Source: Octopus bimaculoides (lineage: Eukaryota). Taken from it: DNA of 50,925 bases. Below are positions 34,001 to 45,300 of the stretch, piece by piece. The stretch is taken from assembly GCF_001194135.2 (NCBI RefSeq), contig NC_068982.1:34178978-34229902 (forward strand), in the 5' to 3' direction. The position numbers and the translations under genes are program-made. A model generated the notes under the pieces. The model worked only from the letters and a program-made list of their open reading frames with translations, had not been told where the DNA came from and searched no databases. Numbering within the stretch: position 1 is the first letter of the stretch; each line of letters begins with the position of its first letter.

Positions 34001-37000
34001 GCCAAACAAAATCTCTCATAATACCATATTCTTTCAGCATACAAGTTGATGTAGTATATAACATAAACATGTAGTATAAACATTCAAACAACGTCACTAT
34101 CTTTCCAAATTTTGGTGCAATATAAATGGAATTTTTGGTCTGTTAAGTCAACCCATCTTTTTCTGGCTATAAGTTTTGGTCTGAAAAATTTGACTTGCAT
34201 GCCAGAAAATATTGTAATTGTACACAAAAAAAATTACTATACATATTGTCATATTTATTGATTATTATTTGTTGTTTAAAGAGTTTATTTATAACCACAT
34301 AAAATACAATTTAATGATGGAGAAATTTCTCATTAATCATTTTGATAATCATAGGGATATTCAACAGATAACTATGGAGAACAAAATATATAATTATGAT
34401 TGTGAGTCTTGTTAAAAGATAACGGTGTCATAATAATTTCTAACATGCATGCAAGGCCACATATTTGGAGCAAAGGCTTGGTTGATCAAACCAACCCCTC
34501 TATCTGAGTGGTACTTTATCAACCCTGGAAGGATGAAAAGCAAAGTTGGCAGGATTTGAATTCAGAGCATAAAGAGCTGGAACAAAAATCACCAGGCATT
34601 TTATCTGACATGCTAACAATTCTGCCAATCTATCTCCCTTAACTATTTCTAACATAAGCACAAGGTCTGAAATTTAAGAGGAGGGGATAAGTTCATTAAA
34701 CTGATCCTAATATTTGAGTAGTACTCCATTTTATTGACGACAGATGGATAGAAAGAGAAAGCTGACCTACACGAGATTTGAACTTAGAATGTAAGTGCAG
34801 GGATAAATACACAAAGCATTTTGTTTAATGTCCAAGCCATTCTGCCAATATTCACCACTGCAACTGTTTAATAATAACTGTTAAATCTCTTATAGTAATG
34901 ACATATAGATAAAAACAAGTCAGACCTTGATTTTAGATGCCTGCTGAGAGCACCAGATTCAGTAAAGCTTCGCTTGCACATATTACAAGTGTAAGGCCGT
35001 TCACCTGAAAAAAATAAATATAAAGTTCATATATAGTTTAAGGTTGAAGGGCACTGTGAGTGATTAATTCTTAGTAACAATAGTTTCTTGCATAAATTAC
35101 TTAATTTGCTCTCAATCCTATTGCCACCCACATTCCTTGAATTATGCCAAATCTTCAACTCATTTTTCCCTATAAATTTCATAAATTTCAAGATTTAATG
35201 TAATCATTCATTCATACGTTTTGCTTTTCCTTGTTAGCTTGGTGTAGATGGGAGGAAATTTGAGATATGGTATTCATGGCTGGATGCTCTTCTTGTCCAA
35301 TTGTTACCCATTTCTTGAGGGACACTTTTACTCTGAAGGAATTCAAAAGTGCAGAGCTAACAGATGAAATATTGATAGGAAATGTCAACACACATCATCA
35401 GTTGCAGCCCAACCACAAACAGTGAATGATGTCATCACTTGTAGCCGTAGTTCAGTATTCTTTTTGGCAAACATTCACAGACATATGAACATGTGCACAC
35501 ACAGACGACAGTCTTCTCTCAGTTTCTAACAGATTCTCTCACAAGACATTGGCTGGTTTGGGACTATAACAGAAGACACTTGCCCAAGGTGCTGTGCAAT
35601 GGGAATGACCCAAAAGCCACATGGTTGAAAAGTGGATACCTTAACTACACAGCTATGTCTGTGCCTCAATATAATATAAAATTATACCATCATTGTCATC
35701 AGTTAACATCCACTTTTCCATGCTTGAATGGGTCAGACGGAATTTGCTGAGGCAGATTTTCCATGGTGGGAGGCCCATCCTGTTTCCAAGTGAAGTCATA
35801 TTTTCTCATGGCCAGACATATTTTTCATGGAAGACTGGAAATGAACAACATTGCTTGTTGACAGTGAAACTCATTTATAACCATCATGCAATGTCAAAGC
35901 AAACACACACACACAAATGATGGGCTTCTTCAGTTTCTGCCAGCCAAATCTACTAACAAGGCTTTTGATTGACATGAGGCTGTAGCAGAAGATACTTGTC
36001 CACGATGCTATGCATCTTCTCAAGGTGCTGCACAGTGGAATCCAATCCGGAACCACAGGGGTTGTAAAGTGAACTTTCATCTTCAGCAAAGCTACGCAGG
36101 TTTGTGATGGTTTCAATCTTCAAAGACCCAATTATTTTAGTCAGAGATATAACTATAGGAAAAGAAAAATTAACTGTTGCATAATGACCTGTATGTCTTC
36201 TCATATGACGTATAAGAGATCCTTTGGTCTTGAAAGCATATGTGCAACCTTCAAAAAAGCAATGATGCTCTCTCTTGTCAGAATGTGTTAACATGTGTGT
36301 TCTCAAAACAATAATCTGAAAATATAAAGTATCACCAGTGTTAGTTGATAAAAAAAAAAGTAAAAAGTCAACCACATTTTAATAAAATATTTTGAAATAT
36401 GTACAGGTGTAGGCAGAGCTATGCGGTTAAGAAATTTAAAAAGTTTGCTTCCCAAACATGGGGTTCTAGGTTCAGTTGCATTGTATGGCACCTCGCACAA
36501 GTGTTTTCTACTATAGCCATAGGCTCAAAGCCTTGTGAGTGGATTTGGTAGATAAAAGCAAGAAACCCATTGTATGTGTATGTGTGTGTATATATACATA
36601 CATACATACATATNNNNNNNNNNNNNNNNNNNNNNNNNNNNNNNNNNNNNNNNNNNNNNNNNNNNNNNNNNNNNNNNNNNNNNNNNNNNNNNNNNNNNNN
36701 NNNNNNNNNNNNNNNNNNNNNNNNNNNNNNNNNNNNNNNNNNNNNNNNNNNNNNNNNNNNNNNNNNNNNNNNNNNNNNNNNNNNNNNNNNNNNNNNNNNN
36801 NNNNNNNNNNNNNNNNNNNNNNNNNNNNNNNNNNNNNNNNNNNNNNNNNNNNNNNNNNNNNNNNNNNNNNNNNNNNNNNNNNNNNNNNNNNNNNNNNNNN
36901 NNNNNNNNNNNNNNNNNNNNGTTGATTACATCGACCCCAGTGCATAACTGATACTTATTTAACTAACCCTAAAAGGATGAAAGGCAAAGTTGACCTCGGC

Positions 37001-39281
37001 GGAATTTGAACTCAGAATGTAACGGCAGATGAAATACTGCTAACTATTTTGCCTGGTATGCTAACATTTCTGCTAGCTCGCCGCCTTCACTAAATATATA
37101 TAGGCTCAGGTGTGGCTGTGTGGTAAGAAGCTTGCTTCCCAACCACATGGTTCCAGGTTCAGTCTCACACTGTAGCACCTTATGTAAGTGTTTTCTACTA
37201 TAGCCTCGGGCTGACCAAAGCCTTGTGAGTGGATTTGGTAGACAGAAAACTAAAAGAAGCCTGTCATGTGTATGTGTGTATATATATATTTATTTATGTC
37301 TGTGTTTGCACTCCCACCATCACTTGAAAAACCGATGGTGGTGTGTTTCTCTTCCTGTAACTTAGTGGTTTGGCAAAAGAGGTTAATAGAATAAGTACTA
37401 GGATTACAAGGAATAAGTCCTAGGGTTAATTTCTTCAACTAAAACCTTTTAAGGTGGTGCTCCAGCATGGCCAGAGTTAAATGACTGAAATGCGTAAAAG
37501 AATAAAAGAATATATATATCATCATCATCGTTTAACATCTGCCTTCCATGCTGGCATGGGTGGGACGGTTTGACAGGAGCTGACCAGGAAGAAGCCTGCA
37601 CCAGACTTCTGTGACTGTTTTGGCAGGATTTTTACAGCTGGATGCCCTTCCTAACACACACACACACAACAGGCACAACTATATTACATATTATAAATTT
37701 ATTGTTTACCTTTTTGAAGCTGCGCTGGCAAATTTGGCAGGTGTATGGTCGACTTGGTTTACCATCAGCAGGTATTTCCCCAGATTTATAATCGAGTTCA
37801 ACATCTTCAACAGCAACTTTCTCTGGATTGTCATCCTTGTTTTCTACGTCTTCTTTTTCAGTTTGCTTGTCTTTTTCTCCATCCTCCACCTCTTCTTCCT
37901 CCTCTTCATTATCATCACTGTTTGTGTGGTCATATTTGACATGACGACGTAGAGCAGCTTCTCTGTAAGATAAACACACAAAAGTTGATGACAACTCATA
38001 CATACTCATAGAATACAAAGTCTGCTTCACAATCATGTGAGTTCAGGTTCAGTCTGACAACATGGTACCTAGGGCAAGTGTCTTCTACTACAGACTTAGT
38101 TTGACCAATGGCTTGTCAGTGGAATTGTCAGGCGAGCTGGCAGAAACGTTAGCACGCCGGGTGAAATGTTCAGCGGTATTTCGTCTGCCGCTACATTCTG
38201 AGTTCAAATTCCGCCAAGTTTGACTTTGCCTTTCATCCTTTCGGGGTCGATAAATTAAGTACCAGTTACTCACTGGGGTCGATCTAATCGACTTAATCCC
38301 TTTGTCTGTCCTCTCTATGTTTAGCCCCGTGTGGGCAATAAAGAAATAAGAAACTGTGTGCATGTGTGTTTCAATATGTATGTGAAGTTCTTGTTTCTGC
38401 TTTGTCATAACCTAAAAAATTAATTGTTTACATTCCTGGCAATGGAAAACATTACATCCAATAGTCCTGCCCTTCTAAAGTCTAATAGGATAAAAAAAAA
38501 ATCCCTTATTTGACAAGAAGAGCATCATCATCATGTTAATGTTCACTTTTCCATACTTGCATGTGGTCCAGGCATGAAATACTTACTCAAACAAGTATTC
38601 AATTAACCCTAAGCCAACATAGAAAAATGGGTGTAAAATAAATGAACAAGAAAATTCTCCTGTTGAGAGAAGCAAAAAAATAGCAGCCAATATGCCCAGA
38701 AGAGGTCATTGTTTTATAAGATCATAATGCACTTTAAAGGTGCAAATATACACAAAAATTGGCCAAAACGTGACATAGGCGAAAAAGTAAGAACTTATTA
38801 ATTGACTGCACTATGATTCAAAAAATGATTATTCTATGTATATTCTCTGTTTTCTTTAAACTATTAATTATATGGGAAAGAATGAAGTCCCCATAGAGAC
38901 AATTGGACTTTTGGAAATGAAATGTACTAAAATAGTAAAACAAACCAACCAAGGATATTAGTACATAAATACATGAATTAATATCTAGAATCATCAATCA
39001 ATAATAGGCAAAACTGGTGCCCTCTTGGGTAAAACATTGCAAGATAAAAATTTCACACCATAAAAATTATAACACATACCTATGAAATGTTTTATCACAC
39101 TTGTCACACGTATACGTAGTTTTCTCTGTTATTAGCTTTTCATCAACATCTGGGACCTTTTGTCGTCCTCGACCACCTACAATGAATTATTAGAATATTG
39201 ATAGAAAAAGAAAAGCCTTAGTTCAGAGAACATATATTAACATCAATATGCAAGATTCTTTTACAAATTGACAGCAAGTGT

Positions 39282-39313
<32 letters not shown>

Positions 39314-42300
39314 NNNNNNNNNNNNNNNNNNNNNNNNNNNNNNNNNNNNNNNNNNNNNNNNNNNNNNNNNNNNNNNNNNNNNNNNNNNNNNNNNNNNNNN
39401 NNNNNNNNNNNNNNNNNNNNNNNNNNNNNNNTTTAGATTTCTGTTTTGACATAGTTTCTACAGCTGGATATCCTTCCAAACACGAACGACTTTAGAGTGT
39501 ATTGGGTGCTTTTTTCATAGCATTAGCACTAGTGAAGTCACCAAACACTCACAAGACAAGATCTCCCTCCCATTGCCCCAAAACAGAGTGGGAAAATGAA
39601 AGTATAACAGATGGACAACAGGTGTCTTGCTGAAGAAGAGATACATGAAAAACAGACATTAAATGATAAGACCTGTCCTCTACAGCAGAAGTGTTAAGGC
39701 TGCATCTCCTGGTGAAGAGGATCAGCCTGCAGAAGGCCTGTGCCAGTGCCATGCAATAAGCATTCATGCCGGTGTCACATAATAAGCACTCATGCTGATG
39801 CCATGTAAAAGTGCTTGTGCCGGTGACATATTAAAAGCACTCAGCACACACTGTAAAGTGGCTGGCATTAGGAAGGGAATCCAGCCATAGAAACTAAGCC
39901 AAATCAGACTGGAACCTGGTGCAGCTTCCCAGCTCTGGTCAAAATGTCTGACCTATGCCAGCATGGAAAACAGACATTAAAGGATGATGATGATATGTGT
40001 ATGCCATGTATAATACTGGATTTTACAAGTCATTATGAAACTGATAATTCACATAACATAATGTGACTAGAACCCCATAGAGTATGTCTGAAACGCTGTT
40101 GTAGTTTAGACTGAAGTCAACTTTCATTGAGCAGATCCATGATGAAAGGCATTAAAGTAGTGACCCTCCAGGGCTTATTTAAGGTATCTAGGGTAATATT
40201 ATTAGATAATGTCACTTTCTCTTTTTAAAACAGAGGGTGTGTAATTCAAGAAAGATTTGGCTGTTATTTCTAGCAAATTAAGCATTTATACAGAGGCCCT
40301 CATGTTGGCTTATTTAAAATGAACTAAGTAAAGAGAGAATTTCCAGACATGTCAGTTCAATGATATTCAACAAAATGAGACACGACAGCTGTCAGTGCAG
40401 CAAAATGGCTGTAAGACTAAAGAAGTGAACTACTGATCAGATGGCCAAAAGTCCTACTACTCCTACTACTACTACTAAGCTGAGTAATAATTAGCATGTG
40501 CTGATACCACAGTTGAAGGGTGTGCACTAAGAAATATATCTAGCTTTAAAAACAATTGATACATTTGCCAAAAGGCACCCAATCAATCTTTCAAAGGGAC
40601 AAGAGAGAGTTTATATGCCATAAGCTGTTTCTTACCTCTTCTGGGAAGTTTCTGTTGATTTTCTTTACCATCAATGTTTTGGTTCGTAGATGGTTGATTA
40701 CTGACCTTGCTTTCTTTTGGGACTAGTTTTGGAACAATCACACGACGGTCATATGTAGATCTTGCATATATCACCTTAAAATTGTCATGCTGAATCTTGT
40801 GTTCAAGGTAGAAATGGAGACTTGTAAACTCCTGCTTACATCTCTTACAGTAATGGACATCTTCACTGTCACTGGCTAAGTCAGCTGGAAACAGTAAAAG
40901 AATACATTTTTAGAATCTTGAATATAAATTGCAATCTAGGTCTAAATAAAATGAAAATTTTCACATGATCTTGTAAAAATATGCAAAACAAATAATGTTT
41001 TCTATTGTAAGTACCATTATCATAAGAACAATGATAAAGATGCTACACTGGACCAAATCTGTCAAAAGGTTGATGGAAACCTGATACTAGCAACAATGTA
41101 ATCTAGGACTACCTACTTGTAGTCAAGTGATTGATGAAATTGACACTCAACTGGGCTGGCTTATAGGAAAGGTGAGTACGTACCAAATAGGATTAAAAAA
41201 GCAAAATTTGTCCAAGATGAATAAACTCCTTGAAATCCAACAGAACCCTTATCTTGAGGACGATAATCTTAGTGGGTACCATTAGGATTGCCAAACACAA
41301 CGAAACACTTAAATAGAAGTTACAAGATTTAAATCTATACAGAACTAGTTAAATGTATTAAGAAAGTCCAAGACCAAGAAGAGTGAAAAGGATTGGTAAA
41401 AAAAACCCAGGTGCTCCAATGATTGAAATGTTATGGGAAGGAATTGACTTGTACTGAGGTGAATTCAAGTAACTAAACCCATTTAGCAACAAAACTGACC
41501 ATGTTCCAAATCATTATAATTATATAAGCAGGTATTTTATGGAATAGTTTTAGGCCACAGTGGTTTCATACTAAAAGGGTATTTTCCTCAATCACTTCAA
41601 AATACTAGATTGATAGATACATTTCCTCAAGTTTCAGTTTTTAATTTCTTCTACTTAAGTTACTATAAGTTTTTAGGATATAGGCTAACAATGTAGTTTA
41701 ATTTGATCATTTTCAAAATCTGTGTAATTTATAGTTATACATTATATCCTAAATGTATTAGATATAAAATGTATTCTACCACAGCAAAGAAGAATTTTAT
41801 ACATGAATTGCTTATGGTGACGACTTTTGAGTAAATATAAGCACACAACAAACAAGCTCTTGACAATAATTCCACTCCCCACTCAGTAAGAGTCATTTTA
41901 TTTCAGTTATGGTCTTGGAAAAGGCATGTTCAACTATAAATCTTAAGCTGAGTTTACTTGTATTGATGTTATATTAAGATTTTTTAGAAACAATTTTAAG
42001 TAAATCAGATGATGTAATCATAAAACCACAACAGCTTTTCACATAGAAGAATCAATTGCATGTTGCTTTTTTATTTCTATGTAATCTCTTCTACAAGGAA
42101 ATTTTTACTGTGTATGTTGAGTATTTTACATTTGATTCCTACAGTGAGTGATGTGCGAAAAAGATCTACAAATTCATTATTCCTCATATATATAATTTCC
42201 CATCTAAATTCTATAATATTTAAGACTATCTGAGTAGCATCAATGTAACCCTTCTCTTGCCATATTTTTTTTTAGATATGCTGCCCTTGTTTTATCTAAC

Positions 42301-45300
42301 TTTGAAAATAATGAAGAATTTAGTAAAATAACTTTGCTGCTATTAAGTTGGTACTTGGAACATAAATTAACATGAAATTTTGATAGGTTTTAATTTAGGT
42401 CACGTTAAAAGAAAAGGCTGGCTCCTAATAGTTTGTAAGACAGTTTGATTCCATGTTGTAGGGCTAGAGACAGTCCCAGGCAGTTTGGTATCAAAAGGGC
42501 TAGTGACACCAGCAGAAAATATGTTGAAGAGCTTAGAGTGCACATAGACTGAGTGGAAATAATTGACTGCATATTAGATTTGGCCTAACCAGAGACACTA
42601 AAGTGAAAAGGAGCTATAATCTGAAATCTCTTTGTGACAGAGGAACAGAGAAGAGAAACCAGACTATGCTGGAATTATAATTTGGCTGATTTGAAACATA
42701 GTATAAAGAATGTATGAAAATTCTTTTGCATATTATTATGTGAGGCAAGAACCATATATAATGTAACTACATAATTATGTTATTATAAATTGTTGTAATC
42801 GTTGTGGCATAGAACAAAAGTAAGCTCCTAATGGTTTGTAATTCAGTTTGATTCCACATTGTAACAAATTTTCTTCAATTATAGTCTAAACATAATTGTC
42901 TAGTGTTAAGCTTGACACCTACCTGGAGTAAATCCATGTGTGTATCAAGAGCTATAGGGAGTAACATCTATATGCTTTAAAAAGAAATAATCTAACATTA
43001 AAGAAAGCAGGCTTCATTTCCCACAAGAAAAAAAAACACAGTAAAAAAAGAGTTTCTGAAACAAACCAGTTATTTGTTATTTAACTCCAAGTCAGCACTG
43101 ACTTAGTAGCTCTTTGATCAAAAGTGTTCCAGTCATAGCCATCCAGTTCTCTTGAGCCCTATGTATTTATGTGTACATTATACAATGCATCCTTTCTTGT
43201 TCAAAGTAACACAGTGTAATTTTAAAGAGATTTGACCATTACCTCAAGTGTTCAGGTAGATGCTCTCTTGCTGTTGTTATTCAGAAATAATGCTTATTTG
43301 AAAATAGACTCATTTTTGCATAGGTTACACAGATTTGCACAGTCTTTTGTCCTGATCAACAACTAAGGTTTAACCTGGAAACCAGTCTTCTCTACTTTCA
43401 AACCCGTGTCTCTAACAGATTTCTCCTACTTGGATCACTTGGTACTACTTTACCCAAGTATCATCCTTCACCTGGTCCAGCACTGTCTTCTTCACATACA
43501 AAGTTAAATCCTCTTTTACCAAGTTTTTCTCTCAGCTCATTTGTTTTCTGTTATTCATACCCACTAACATTACAAATCCAGTGGAACATGTTCACTTCAT
43601 TTCTTTCCAGTCTTCATACATCCTCTATATGTAATTCCCAAGTTTTACTACCACGTCATACCATACTTAATACACAAGCATCATACAATCTTCCCTTCGT
43701 GTGGAGAAAACAATCTTGGCTGGGTTGCCTAAGTAACAGAACCTGTTAACAATTTCAAAGGAGTCTTCCAAACATTTGATAGAATTCATTTCCTGTGTAC
43801 TCTTATTGCTAACTATTCGTTTGCATCTACCTATGAAATCCTTCTCTGCATGTCAGTCTGTGATCCCACTGCATCTTGTGTACACAGATTGGTTTACACA
43901 GTATAGAATTCTTACTTATACCCTGCCAGCATGTAAAATATGGTTATTTCCCAGGTGGTTGTAGAATTATGTGCTAAATAACTCTACTGTCCAAGGTTTA
44001 CTTTTAGACATCTTATTTCTAGGCTTTTCCATGGTTGAACCTTCCTGCTAATATTTCTTCTGATTTGGCTACGAGAATTGGGTTATTTGATAAACAAAAG
44101 AAGGCTAAAAAACAAACCTTGGTGGATACCTATCTGAAGACTAAATTTCTTATTGAACTTGTTTGTCACCTTTTTAACAGCATCCCTCTGTATTGTTTGC
44201 ACGGTTTGTGAGAGTTACTTTCTCTATCTTATTTCATAATTGTTCTGACACAATGTTTTGCTAATCAGAACACCACATACTTCTGATTCATACATACATC
44301 ACAGAACATTAGTAAACCCTACACTTTCTACTTCTCCCTTCATTAATAAACTAAATCACAGCAATATATTAGAAATGAATCAAACTGTTTACATAAAAAC
44401 CTTATGCAAATTAAATTTTTTTTTCTAGTATTGCATGTATCTTCTGCTACTATGGCCTGAAAATTATATGTGGAGCAGACAATATTAAGTACAGATTTCT
44501 TAAAATTTAATTCATTGAGAAAGTTGGGTTACCTATTTTTTAGCTATGTAATTTTACATCTCATGAGAATATTATATTATTCAAACTTTGAAATCCTAGG
44601 ACACATTTGTTTTTTTGATACGGTTATCCATTTCTTAATCATATTTTTTTCAATATCCGCCCTGTTATACATCTTGTATGGAAAACTAGGACACCTGCTA
44701 GTCACTCGCATGCTCAATCAGATAGGCATTTCCATAGGAGTGGCGTAGCACTATCACCATCAGTTGCTACAAGGGCAAAGCAGGTGCTCCAGAAAGAAGC
44801 TGCAGTCGACACAGCAAACTGATGATTGGTGGCATACTTGTTCAACTTTACTGATGCGTGCATATACGTATACATGTGTGCATGCATACAGGCGCACGCT
44901 GATTCGGCTCAAAATATAAAGTCTATGAGGTGCTCGGGCTGCGGATAAGCTTTGCCTGCTACAGGCAAGGTAATTCCCGACCGAATGACACCGGTGACAT
45001 ACGTTAAAGGGTCCCTTACATAAAATCAATAACTTCAGAATTTGAATTCATATTTTAGCTACAAATAGTTAATATTTTCTTCTACATGAGCAGCCCTTAG
45101 TGAAAATAGCAGCCAAATCGCCCTCAAATTCCACCCTACCGCCTAAAAAAAATGACTTACTTATTGAGATGATATAGTATTAGATATATTGCTTAAATAT
45201 AAGACAGGATGGTCACAATTGAGGCACCCTTTACTACAAGTCAGCTTGACGACGGCTGGTCCAGGTCTAAACAACCACCTTCTCTAAATTCGGTTCGAGT

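Noticed and set aside
36511-36951. ORFs spanning N runs (also at 10553, 32764-33494, 39261, 46678)
   Set aside because: Open only because Ns hide stop codons; the RTE part of 32761 is annotated separately.
44819-44825. CTGATGA, a hammerhead core heptamer
   Set aside because: No downstream stem II-GAAA-stem III-NUH arrangement and no stem I partner.
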